A program made the position numbers and the translations under genes. This document shows, piece after piece, positions 1 through 9,680 of a DNA stretch of 64,000 bases. The notes beneath the pieces were generated by a model. It was not told the origin of the DNA and did not search any database. It saw nothing but the letters and a program-made list of their open reading frames with translations. The first letter of the stretch is position 1. The number at the start of each line of letters is the position of its first letter. This DNA comes from a virus. The DNA lies in the IMG/VR virus record IMGVR_UViG_3300013132_000025, positions 32,001-96,000 of that record; one strand, written 5' to 3'.

Positions 1-1444
1 CATAAAAAGCAGTAATGTGTGCGATTGCAGTTCCACTAGAACTTGCGCTTCCAATTGAAGAAGTCCCAGAAGCATTTATATAAGTAATTGAAGAAGAACC
101 AATCGCATACACGGTTCCAGAAGAGGGGGAAACGGTTGTGGCGGTTCCGACAGTAACAGTTCCCACAGAGATAGTCCCACCAACTTCAATCCCAGTAAGA
201 GTTGCGCTACCAGAACCAAGATAAAGAGTTGTTGTACCCCCGGCTGCTCTGGCAAAAGAAGTTACTGCAAAGGTGCCGTGGGTAGCAATTGTTCCAACTT
301 TTTCCCAAATGGGATTAGAAACTCCAAGATCTTTTCTATAAATATTTTTGGAAGTGACCGAACCACCCGCCAAAGATGTTCCAGAACTGTTATAGATATG
401 AGTAACCGTTCCAACCTCATTGGAAAAAGTAACTTCGTTACTTGAAGGGCTAATTCCACTTTGCCCACCGGGCGTATAATTGTAACTATATGCATATTGA
501 TAATTTCCAATTAAGAAATCTTCGTCAAGAGAAGTGCCCGCAACTGGAGTTCCTGTTGGAGCAGGATTTCTCAAATTTTCTGCATAAATCTGAGGAACTG
601 GAGGGTCTGTCGCAGAGATAACATAAGTGTAATCTATATCTGGGGTATAAAAACGAGAAACATCGTTGCCCTCGGTGCTTAAATAATAGTTGAAATCATA
701 AACATACTTTGAATTCGGATTAAAACTTGAAGCACTTCCTTGAGCATCAAGGGTCGTATATTCATTAAATTTACTTACGGGGCCAATAATGGTTGCTCTA
801 TTAGTATATTGATTAGCAATTGCTAGGGCTAAGAATTGGTCGTCAGTTCCCGCAATGTTGCGAAAAATATTGTTTTTAAATCTAACCTTTAATTCATCAT
901 CAGTTTCTTGGTTTGTTCCACCAGTCGTAGAGGTATAATTATTTACAATAGCAACATCGGAAACTTTGGTAATGATTCGATTAATCTTATTGGCTGTTAC
1001 ATTGCCAACTTCGCCAGCAGCGGTCGCTTCAATTGGCACTTCTGCATAAGTACCGTTTTCAGGTATGACTCCATCGGCCACAGTTATGAATAGAATTTGA
1101 GAAGAAACGGCAGAGGCGGTAGTGCTTATCTGAGTACCTGATGGGATAAAAATAGCAGTAGGAGATGGGGTTTTTCTACTAAAGGTAACAAATCCAGAAG
1201 CGCGACGGGCTGTTTGCCTTGCAAAGCCAAAGAGTTGAACAAAGTCATCAAGATCTTGACCAAATTTAGTATCTAAGTCTAATTGATATCTTTGAATAAA
1301 CTGGTCAAACTGAATATCTGCCAAAGATTGAGAGACAACATCAATAATTTTTCTTTCAGGGGTTCCTACTTCTAACGAGATTTCTGGATCTAAAACGTAT
1401 AGTTGGTCTCTTATTCTCTTACTAATCTCTTCTTGCGTAAACAT
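1..1444 (-). CDS. Baseplate J-like protein (3' end runs off the window)
   Basis: Absent from the ORF track because it is open to the window edge. Hand translation from ATG at 1444: MFTQEEISKRIRDQL...GQDLDDFVQLFGFARQTARRASGFVTFSR...GEVGNV...GGTNQETDDELKVR, typical baseplate J motifs; follows the gp25-like gene. Confidence 0.85.
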   Translation of the reverse strand, partial: MFTQEEISKRIRDQLYVLDPEISLEVGTPERKIIDVVSQSLADIQFDQFIQRYQLDLDTKFGQDLDDFVQLFGFARQTARRASGFVTFSRKTPSPTAIFIPSGTQISTTASAVSSQILFITVADGVIPENGTYAEVPIEATAAGEVGNVTANKINRIITKVSDVAIVNNYTSTTGGTNQETDDELKVRFKNNIFRNIAGTDDQFLALAIANQYTNRATIIGPVSKFNEYTTLDAQGSASSFNPNSKYVYDFNYYLSTEGNDVSRFYTPDIDYTYVISATDPPVPQIYAENLRNPAPTGTPVAGTSLDEDFLIGNYQYAYSYNYTPGGQSGISPSSNEVTFSNEVGTVTHIYNSSGTSLAGGSVTSKNIYRKDLGVSNPIWEKVGTIATHGTFAVTSFARAAGGTTTLYLGSGSATLTGIEVGGTISVGTVTVGTATTVSPSSGTVYAIGSSSITYINASGTSSIGSASSSGTAIAHITAFY

Positions 1445-1451
1445 ATATTAA

Positions 1452-1943
1452 TTATCCCCCATAAGTTTGTGCAGTAGATGGTGTTTGAACGGGAATGTCG
1501 AATTGAAAAGCATCTCCACTAACCATTTCTAAATCAACCCTTACATATAGTGTGTCGTAATCTCGTTGATAATATATATTAAAATTTTCTATTATCTCGT
1601 CATCTGAAAAAGTATATAACCCATTATACTTTTGCAATTCAACTCGCAAACGTGACATTTGCTTTACTTGATACTCATTGATAATTCTTGATATTTCAGA
1701 AACTACCATTTGAGAATAGTCGTCTTCAAAGATATTTAAACGACCATTAGCATAGATAGAAGTTCCTTCCTCTCCAATATCAATAAAAGAACCTAATTCT
1801 GGGTTAAGGGGGTCCGTACCATATGGCTCTCTTATCCAACATATTAAGTCTTGGACCGTTTTAGATGGGCCTTGGACTGTTTCTATACTATTTCCGGGGC
1901 CTTTAACGATATCCCCATTAAAAAGCCTTAAACTCCAAGTCAT
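1452..1943 (-). CDS. Baseplate wedge protein, gp25/GpW-like
   Basis: 163 aa; KTVQDLICWIREPYGTDPLNPELGS matches the gp25-like pattern; directly upstream of baseplate J. Confidence 0.7.
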   Translation of the reverse strand: MTWSLRLFNGDIVKGPGNSIETVQGPSKTVQDLICWIREPYGTDPLNPELGSFIDIGEEGTSIYANGRLNIFEDDYSQMVVSEISRIINEYQVKQMSRLRVELQKYNGLYTFSDDEIIENFNIYYQRDYDTLYVRVDLEMVSGDAFQFDIPVQTPSTAQTYGG

Positions 1944-1996
1944 ATTTAAAATAAACCTCTCTAATTAGGTGACGCTATCTGCAACATTACTGCCCT

Positions 1997-3058
1997 TTAA
2001 GCCCCGTTGTATGGCAAAATAGTAATCGGTTCTGGATCATCATTAACATCTGCCTGCACTCGGATGGGAATAATCTTCATCCACATAAACTTCAAACTCA
2101 AACTACCCGAGGCTAAAGCGTTAATTTTAAAACCTTCTCTTAAAATATCATTCTTTTGAAGAGTAATAATGTCGCTTGTTAACTTGTAACTTGTCGCAAC
2201 AGTTAGTGAAGTATTTGCATCATGCACATAACCAGAAAGAGTATATCCGGGAGTACCCCCATTTAATGAAAGACCAAGACTGAAAGAAGCATTGTTGTGA
2301 GTGGATGTAACTTCTGCTCCTCCAGATATGATGTACTCTCCAGTGTAAGGAATTGTAAGAGCGGGTATGGACGGAGATTGTGTATTATACCAAACCCCTA
2401 CTACACTACCACTAACAGTCGCGGTAGAAAAACTCATGTATTCTGGGCCGCCAACAAAATCCCACTTATAAGAAGAATTAGAACTGGTTCTATATCTAAA
2501 TCCCCAAACAATATCATCTTGAGATATTAATACTTTTTCTTCTTGCCCATTTACCACATTTCTTGTTGGTAGATATGTTTTAAGTGGCGTAATTAGTCGG
2601 CTAGATATATTTACAGTTCCTGCATTTATTTGATCCAGAGTTGCTGAACCATAGAGTGCGCTCCCGGGAAAGGTTGCCGTGCCTAGTTCTGCAAAACTAT
2701 TTTTTGCCTTGTTAAAATCACAAATAAGTTCTTGTTCTGGGTTAAGAAACAATCTAGAAGGAGCATTAACTCTCACATCTCCTCCAATTAAATCACCAAC
2801 AGGTAATGTTTCGCTATCTTCTTCAAATCTAGAATGAGTTACCCAGTTATTATCTAACTTGGTTACAAGCCAATGTTCTCCAATTTTTGGCACTTGTACA
2901 TAAGAGGGTTGAAAAAAAGCAAAAGTAACTTGGATTTGTTGATTTGCGGAATCTCTTCCTTCAATATATCCACTTACAGGATCACACTGAGTAATTCTTA
3001 TCTTTTTATATGAATACGCTTGATTCATCAAACGATATTCAGGAGTATTTCCCATCAT
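1997..3058 (-). CDS. Putative baseplate spike/tail tip protein
   Basis: N-terminal VPKIGEHWLV (spike OB-fold-like), beta-rich C-terminus, position in baseplate module. Confidence 0.45.
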   Translation of the reverse strand: MMGNTPEYRLMNQAYSYKKIRITQCDPVSGYIEGRDSANQQIQVTFAFFQPSYVQVPKIGEHWLVTKLDNNWVTHSRFEEDSETLPVGDLIGGDVRVNAPSRLFLNPEQELICDFNKAKNSFAELGTATFPGSALYGSATLDQINAGTVNISSRLITPLKTYLPTRNVVNGQEEKVLISQDDIVWGFRYRTSSNSSYKWDFVGGPEYMSFSTATVSGSVVGVWYNTQSPSIPALTIPYTGEYIISGGAEVTSTHNNASFSLGLSLNGGTPGYTLSGYVHDANTSLTVATSYKLTSDIITLQKNDILREGFKINALASGSLSLKFMWMKIIPIRVQADVNDDPEPITILPYNGA

Positions 3059-3900
3059 TCTCCAAATATCCTTCCAAATGTAACCGTCTTACCTAAAACT
3101 TCATCTTCTGTATTCTTAAGATTATAGGTGTGTTTCTTTCCATACACACCACGCCCGCCTTGACCAGAGATGCCAAAAGAAATGCCACCAGAACTGTTTA
3201 CAGTTACTTCCTTATCTGGCCCAGTGTTGCCTTCTATTGTTGTAAAAAGACCGATTTTCCCTCGGTTTTCCCAAGGCTTAATTAACCATTTAGAGAAAAA
3301 GCCAACATGATCATTTTCGTAATCTTCAGTCTCTAAACCAAAAACAACAAGGTCTCCTGCTTGAACTTGCTTTACAGAAATTTCTTTTAGTTGTCTCTTA
3401 CCAATTAATCCACGTTCTCCCCAAGTTAATGCTAAAGCCAAGCCGTTTGTGTTTTTAATATCTTTAAATCCTGCTTGATAATAACACCATGCTGTAAACG
3501 ATGCACACCAAGCGGCATTGTAAGCGCCAGTAATTTCTTGATAGGGAGGAATTCCGGCATTAGGACTGCTACTGATATGTGGGCCAGCACTATTACCTTC
3601 AGTTGCTCTAATTTCTTTTTTGAATTCACAATAAGCAAATTCATAAGCGCGACGACGAACTAAAATGTTTGGCCTGTATTTATTACTTTCATAAAACGTT
3701 TTTCTTGGGTTTCTTTTTGTAAAATCAAACGGACTATTTTTTATTTCTAAAGAAAATACTTCAAATATATCTTTACTTTTGGGAGTTGCACAGACAGCAG
3801 GAAAGCCGGTAAAAGATTTAATAGTCGTAGGGAGAACTTTTCCATAGAAGGGATCAAACAATTGTTTTTTATTTAAAGGGCTAATGATATTACGGGGCAT
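3055..3900 (-). CDS. CHAP-domain peptidoglycan amidase/peptidase
   Basis: AWCASFTAWCY, GDLVVF, DHVGF and TIEGNT motifs of the CHAP family. Confidence 0.85.
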   Translation of the reverse strand: MPRNIISPLNKKQLFDPFYGKVLPTTIKSFTGFPAVCATPKSKDIFEVFSLEIKNSPFDFTKRNPRKTFYESNKYRPNILVRRRAYEFAYCEFKKEIRATEGNSAGPHISSSPNAGIPPYQEITGAYNAAWCASFTAWCYYQAGFKDIKNTNGLALALTWGERGLIGKRQLKEISVKQVQAGDLVVFGLETEDYENDHVGFFSKWLIKPWENRGKIGLFTTIEGNTGPDKEVTVNSSGGISFGISGQGGRGVYGKKHTYNLKNTEDEVLGKTVTFGRIFGE

Positions 3901-3902
3901 TT

Positions 3903-6900
3903 TTAATCATCTCCATCTTGGGCATCAGCAGGCTCATATGAAGTTCCTGATTGTCCCGAACCAGTTCCGGGTCTTGCTGCTCCAGCACTATTGCCAGTAC
4001 GAGAACGAGTCTTTGGAGGTATTTTAACTCTAACTCTTTTTCTTTTAGATTCACCATCTGATGCTTGATCTGGAGCAGCGACGAGAGCCATAGCCCACTG
4101 ATTACCTTTATTAGTTGTACCGGGAGCCATCAAGAGCGCTTCTGTATAAAATCCATTTTGATAACTAAACGAATGAGTGACTTCTTTTACATAAAAAGTT
4201 ACAGACGTTTTTGGGTAGTTTGCAATTTGAGGATTTACATCTAATTCAACAATCATACCGGGAAATAATTCCGGCATAAAGGTCAGTTCTACTCTTGTAA
4301 TAAATTGCTCTGCCCATTTTTGAATGAAGGTGTGATAAGCATAAAAGAATTCAAATATTGGATGACGAATAGTAGGAATCTTTTCTAGATATGGTCTAGC
4401 ACCATATCTTTCTAAGAATTTATATGCAGATCCTTGTCCTTCAAGAATTGATCCTCTCGGCCTCTTTTTTGCACTTTTTATTTGATCAGCACTTAATTGA
4501 GAAGTATCTTCTAACGTTTCTATATCTTCTTTAGTCAAATCTTCATTTTCGAATGGTCTTAAAAATGAATCTAGTATGTAAGGTCTTTCGATTGTCACCA
4601 CTCCCGAACCAAGGAGTTTTTCATACCACTCTAAGCGTATATTTGATGCATCAGATTGGTTTAAGCCAAACGGGTTTCCCAAGACATAAACATGAGTTAC
4701 AAGTTGGCGATCTGAAAGGCTTATTGTGCAACTTTTAATTTCAGTTGTGTTTACTCTTAGCCAAGGATTCTTTTGACTTAAGTTAAAGTAATCGGGGTAC
4801 CACGCCATAAAGTCTCCATTAGGCAAAGATGCAAAAGTTCTCATTGATGCTTTACAAATCTCTCCAACTGATTCAAAAAGTTTTACATCATTTTCAAGAG
4901 CGCGGTCTCCCGTAAGGAGAATTGATTCAAGAAGACTCCCGGGAAAGTTGAATGCAACATTAAATGCAACAGTTTTTGCTAGAAGGAAACTGTTTACGGA
5001 CCCAGTACCACCCTCGCCAGAACCAGAACTGCTGCCACCAGAAGGAGGGTTTGTTGTTGTGCCAATTTTGTTATGCTCACATAACTTATAACGATCACTC
5101 TCTATAAATCTTTTAACAGTGCTGTACTGTGGCCCACGACGCTCTCCATAGTTTGCAGATGTATCGGGCCTAGTACATTCTGCTACTTGGCCGTCTGCCG
5201 AAACTACAATACAAACGTGGCCACCTCCCGCACCAGTGTTTGACACAAAAAGATGACCCGGCTTGTAGGCTGTTTTGTCTGCAATGATAGTTGAATTTGA
5301 TTCAAGATTTCCAGTTAGTTGATTTTCGTTTTTTGAAATAAGTCCTGCGCTTCTCATCGCCGCCCCGATAAAACTAGAACAATCAAAACAACGCGATTGC
5401 TCTCTTGTTTTTGCCATAACTTCTTCTATCGTTGCTTTATCATTACGACTTGGAATATTTGCTGGACCTCCAATGCCCATACTATAACCAAGATCCCAAT
5501 TACCTTCAGTATCGTTGTGGTCAACCGCTAGCCTGATTGCTGCAATAACTTTAGATGCAGGAGTATCATCACCGAGATTTATTTGCCCCGATCCTCCAGC
5601 GCCTTCTGTTCCCGAAGCAATTGACTCTTGCAAATTTTTTGCTTTGACTTTATCTTGATATTTAATAACTGTAGTTAAGAAACTATTTGCCATTTTAGTT
5701 ATATCATACTGAAGTCTCGTTCCGTCAGAAGGAAGTTCTGTGATCAGTGCGGCAGAAGAATTTGTATAATAAAACCCATAGTAGTTTCTCATACCTTTGC
5801 GAGCGCCATCTCTTGCTCCCGTTACAGATTTGCCACTTATGTTTGAAGCAACTTCTCCAAATATGTTTGCAAGTTGTGCTGAATTTTTATGCAAACCATT
5901 ATCTTCACTAATTATGTTTCTTCCGCCTTCTCCAGATTCGGGCAAAGTCCATCCAGTACCGCCGTCTGAATATTGATTAGGCCCCGGCAATCCGGGATCT
6001 TTAGAAAGATTACCTTGACGAGAATCTTTGCTTGGATATGCCATTCCAATTTTATTATCATTATATGTAGCGGCATCGTGATGTATTGATATATATACAT
6101 CTCCTGCCCATCCTTGAGGGCGAGAAGTGTAAGCAAAATTTATATTAATTTTATCTTTTGTTACTTGAGGAAGTGCATTGTAAAGTCTTTCAATTTCTTT
6201 AACAACGGCTATATTTGCATCTCTTTCAACAACGGCTTTTCCATTACTACGGCGATAAGTTGTGCCATCGCCCGCTTGATTTTGATAACCCGGTTGTCTT
6301 GGATCAGAATGCCCTGCTTCAATATATACGGAAAGTGAGGTATTAGACCCTCCGGTATTAGAAGAAGGATTGTTGGCGTTAGGAGTGTTTGGATTAGTTT
6401 GTGGTTCACTAGCAGACCCAATTCCTTGACCTGTAATAGAATATGGTTTTGTTGGGTCTACAGGATTTGCACTATTTGCCATTTGCTTCCAAAATGAAAT
6501 TACATTATTCTTATGTTCTTGATTATTTTGCGTCCAGTTAACTATCCAGCCATCAACAGTTTGATTAGGATCTCCATTTAAATAATAATTGTTTGGCTTT
6601 GGTTGTCTAATTTCTTGAGCAGAGGCTTTAATTGAAGCAACTCTAGAAGGAAATGCTCTATTCTCCTTACCCAAACCAAACATATTATAGTATCCTCCTT
6701 TTTCGGGAGCCTGCCCTTGACCATTGGTTCCATAGTGAGTTTCTGCCGCCGCAACTGCTGCTAAAAATCTTGGGTCAATATTATAATTTTCTCCATATTT
6801 AACAAAATCTTCTCCAGTCACATCGGTTTGGTAATATTGATTTTTTTTAATATTTTGATTAATAATTGAAACTATTTGACTTCGATTTGTTAATTTAGCA

Positions 6901-7688
6901 GAACTTGCAGATGGACTTTCGTTTCCTCCGCCGCCACCTCCATCGCCGCCACCAGAAGAGCCACCCGCAGTTAAAAATGTTTTTAGCCAATCTTGAGCAA
7001 GGTTATATCTGTCTTGCCAATCATTATTTACTTGGAATAATAGTGCTGCTCTTTGCATCCACGCCTCTGGCAGTGGTTCGATCCAAACATTGTCTGGATT
7101 CCATCCACCCACATCAACTAATAAAAAGTTAAGCATTGCAGCAAATCCGGTATCTTGAATGCTTGTATTAGATCCAACTTGTTGAGTTCCATTTGCTGAG
7201 GGTGTTGTTGCTAGATCTATTGGGGATAAAGCGTTGGGGTCGAAAAAAGAAATTCCACCCTCAGATAATTTTGGAACAAAACCATATTTTTGCAAAGTTT
7301 CGTAAACTTTAGGTAAACCGGGATCCCAGTAGGTGAATTCTAATCTTTTTAGAGTGCAACTTGCTTCAATTGTAAACGGTTCTGGCATTGCCTGAAAAAC
7401 AGGAACAAGATCTAAATAACCTGAAAAAATTAAAATAGGCTTTGTTTTTTTTAGGTAAACGACAATCCTATCCATTGGCCTAAGAAGTTGACTAAGAAGC
7501 ATCTCGTTTTCTTTATTTTTTCTACTCTGAACAAGAAAACTTGCCGTAGAAACTGCTTCTGTTCTTCTTGTGATATTGCCTTCAATAATATCGTTAGATA
7601 TATCAATTGGAGTATCTGAATCTCCCGGAAGAATATAGACTTGTACTTCTGGAGAATAAACAATTCTATTAAAATTAATCTGAGACAT
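3903..7688 (-). CDS. Baseplate hub/tail lysin with inserted lysozyme/glucosaminidase-like, amidase_3-like and NlpC/P60 domains
   Basis: Hub-like N-terminus (LRPMDRIVVYLKK...FSGYLD) and C-terminus (FMPELFPGM...FYVKEVTHSF); internal IDPRFLAAVAAAETHYG..NMFGL; VYIEAGH..ERDAN..ISIHHD..LITE; FDCSSFIG..GHVCIV; joined by Gly/Ser/Asn linkers. Confidence 0.8.
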   Translation of the reverse strand: MSQINFNRIVYSPEVQVYILPGDSDTPIDISNDIIEGNITRRTEAVSTASFLVQSRKNKENEMLLSQLLRPMDRIVVYLKKTKPILIFSGYLDLVPVFQAMPEPFTIEASCTLKRLEFTYWDPGLPKVYETLQKYGFVPKLSEGGISFFDPNALSPIDLATTPSANGTQQVGSNTSIQDTGFAAMLNFLLVDVGGWNPDNVWIEPLPEAWMQRAALLFQVNNDWQDRYNLAQDWLKTFLTAGGSSGGGDGGGGGGNESPSASSAKLTNRSQIVSIINQNIKKNQYYQTDVTGEDFVKYGENYNIDPRFLAAVAAAETHYGTNGQGQAPEKGGYYNMFGLGKENRAFPSRVASIKASAQEIRQPKPNNYYLNGDPNQTVDGWIVNWTQNNQEHKNNVISFWKQMANSANPVDPTKPYSITGQGIGSASEPQTNPNTPNANNPSSNTGGSNTSLSVYIEAGHSDPRQPGYQNQAGDGTTYRRSNGKAVVERDANIAVVKEIERLYNALPQVTKDKININFAYTSRPQGWAGDVYISIHHDAATYNDNKIGMAYPSKDSRQGNLSKDPGLPGPNQYSDGGTGWTLPESGEGGRNIISEDNGLHKNSAQLANIFGEVASNISGKSVTGARDGARKGMRNYYGFYYTNSSAALITELPSDGTRLQYDITKMANSFLTTVIKYQDKVKAKNLQESIASGTEGAGGSGQINLGDDTPASKVIAAIRLAVDHNDTEGNWDLGYSMGIGGPANIPSRNDKATIEEVMAKTREQSRCFDCSSFIGAAMRSAGLISKNENQLTGNLESNSTIIADKTAYKPGHLFVSNTGAGGGHVCIVVSADGQVAECTRPDTSANYGERRGPQYSTVKRFIESDRYKLCEHNKIGTTTNPPSGGSSSGSGEGGTGSVNSFLLAKTVAFNVAFNFPGSLLESILLTGDRALENDVKLFESVGEICKASMRTFASLPNGDFMAWYPDYFNLSQKNPWLRVNTTEIKSCTISLSDRQLVTHVYVLGNPFGLNQSDASNIRLEWYEKLLGSGVVTIERPYILDSFLRPFENEDLTKEDIETLEDTSQLSADQIKSAKKRPRGSILEGQGSAYKFLERYGARPYLEKIPTIRHPIFEFFYAYHTFIQKWAEQFITRVELTFMPELFPGMIVELDVNPQIANYPKTSVTFYVKEVTHSFSYQNGFYTEALLMAPGTTNKGNQWAMALVAAPDQASDGESKRKRVRVKIPPKTRSRTGNSAGAARPGTGSGQSGTSYEPADAQDGDD

Positions 7689-8587
7689 TAAAACAATCTC
7701 CCAATGGAATTAGATATATCTTTTCCAAGGTCATTGATCCCCTTATTGCCGCCTTCAAATATTGCGCCGATCACGCTGGCAACGCTTCCAGAGCCTTTGA
7801 TTGCATTTTGTGCATTATTATATAAACTTCTATTAAATCCGCCAACTTCACTTTTGGGATTTTTAACTGCAATTTCATCAATTAATTGACCAACAATATA
7901 ATCTTTTTTATAATCATTGAACTTTTGCACCCAATATTTATCAGTATCAAAATTATATATAATTGTTTGTGCAGTTGTCCCAAACTTTTGCACATTATCA
8001 TTTAAATCTTTAAAGATTGTAAAATCAAAATTAAATTTAGGAGCAACTGGGACTCCTTTGTTTTGAGCATTAAATCCCCCCTGAAAAGATTCAATCACTC
8101 CCAAATAATCAATTTTAGCCGCTGGAATGTAAAGTCTAAATACATTTTCAGCATTTTGACTTGAGGCAATTTGCCCCTCTCTAATAAAGTCTGCTAAATC
8201 ATCATATTCATTTTCATCACGGCAAACTCCTTGCACATTTGCTGGAGTTAATTTGAATGAGTGGGTATAAGTTCTTGTATAATATTTAGAAACAGCAGAT
8301 GGGCCTATTGCAGAATATCCATATTTTGCTTCAGTAATCCATATATCAAAGCGACTATATTTAGTAATATTTCTTTTTGTATTTAATTTTTCTTCTTGGA
8401 AATAACCTTTATTTGTATTATCTAATAAAGTTCTTTGACTAGATACATCTGCTCCGCTATCTAGTGGGATTTTAATTTTTGCAAGGAAAGCATGAATTGT
8501 GTTACCTTTTTGAATTAGGTCAGAATTATTAGGAGGAGTCTTAAAACGATGCCTTGTTGGGGAAAAAGTTTCTCTTTCGTAAGCCAT
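7688..8587 (-). CDS. Tail/baseplate structural protein, function unknown
   Basis: Start moved to ATG 8587 (MAYERET, GGAGGA upstream); lies between tape measure and hub genes. Confidence 0.55.
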   Translation of the reverse strand: MAYERETFSPTRHRFKTPPNNSDLIQKGNTIHAFLAKIKIPLDSGADVSSQRTLLDNTNKGYFQEEKLNTKRNITKYSRFDIWITEAKYGYSAIGPSAVSKYYTRTYTHSFKLTPANVQGVCRDENEYDDLADFIREGQIASSQNAENVFRLYIPAAKIDYLGVIESFQGGFNAQNKGVPVAPKFNFDFTIFKDLNDNVQKFGTTAQTIIYNFDTDKYWVQKFNDYKKDYIVGQLIDEIAVKNPKSEVGGFNRSLYNNAQNAIKGSGSVASVIGAIFEGGNKGINDLGKDISNSIGRLF

Positions 8588-8594
8588 TTTGTTC

Positions 8595-9680
8595 CTATCC
8601 TCCCGTTCCAACAGTGTCAGCATTTGGGGGAGCAGGTACTCCAGAGCCTCTTGGTCCAGAGTGTGGTGTATACGGTCCTACTTGATAACTAAATCCTCTT
8701 GTTATCAATGTTTCAAGTTCTTTTTCGCTAAAATTTCCACCGATAAAATCTGAATATTTAGTTGCAACATCTTTTGCTGCTTGAGTTCTTGTTTCCTTAT
8801 TACTATATACTGGCTCAGACCATTCAATAAATTCAGAAAATCCAACACCATCTTTAAATCTTCCCAAAGCCTTTTTTGCTGTTGTGGTAACTTCTTGTTC
8901 AAAAGTATTTTGAAGATCTTCAATATAATCACATTTTAATTCCCATTGGGGCATTAACTCATCGTTTGCAAATCTTACTTGGGGAAAATCTAACGGACGG
9001 ATTCTCCAATGCCAATTAAGGTGAGGATAATGAAATACCATATTATTTTTATCAAAATTACCGGCTTGTGTAACGTAATAAAAATAACTTTTAAACCATT
9101 CGGCAAATTGAACCATTCCGCTTCTCATTGGTCCATCAACAAACTTTTTATAACCTTGGTTTTCGCTAAGGGAATACGCTATTTGTCCAACTCCAACTTC
9201 ATCTGGAAAATCTTCATAACGAGAAGCATATTGCTTATTAAAACCCCACATACCTTCTGCACCAAAAAATCCTCTTATAGTTAAATCTTCAATTGAAACG
9301 CCAAGTATTTGAATTACTTGACCTCCATATGTATCAATAACATTAGTTCTTAAACTATATTTCCAACTAACGTCATTCGGAGAAAGATATAGGGTAATCT
9401 TTTCTGGAAAACTTCCTTCAGAGATACTTGCTACTCCCGGAGCGCTAAAAGAACAAGTATTTTTTATACTTCTAACGCCGCCTCGAAAATAAGTTTTTTT
9501 ACCACCGTCATCTTTAGAGGCATCTCCAGTTTTTGAATTTACATCATCATCAGCCTGTTGAAGATAATCATTGTATTCGGCAGCATCTGGAAAATTAGAA
9601 CGCAAACGATCAAATCTTTTTACATATCTTTCCTGTATAGTATTTTCACCGGGTTTAGATATGGGTCTTATCTCAGGCAT
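8595..9680 (-). CDS. Tail tube initiator-like/baseplate protein
   Basis: LSPNDVSWKYSLRTNVIDTYGGQVIQILGVSIEDLTIRG pattern typical of the gene after the tape measure in myoviruses. Confidence 0.55.
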   Translation of the reverse strand: MPEIRPISKPGENTIQERYVKRFDRLRSNFPDAAEYNDYLQQADDDVNSKTGDASKDDGGKKTYFRGGVRSIKNTCSFSAPGVASISEGSFPEKITLYLSPNDVSWKYSLRTNVIDTYGGQVIQILGVSIEDLTIRGFFGAEGMWGFNKQYASRYEDFPDEVGVGQIAYSLSENQGYKKFVDGPMRSGMVQFAEWFKSYFYYVTQAGNFDKNNMVFHYPHLNWHWRIRPLDFPQVRFANDELMPQWELKCDYIEDLQNTFEQEVTTTAKKALGRFKDGVGFSEFIEWSEPVYSNKETRTQAAKDVATKYSDFIGGNFSEKELETLITRGFSYQVGPYTPHSGPRGSGVPAPPNADTVGTGG

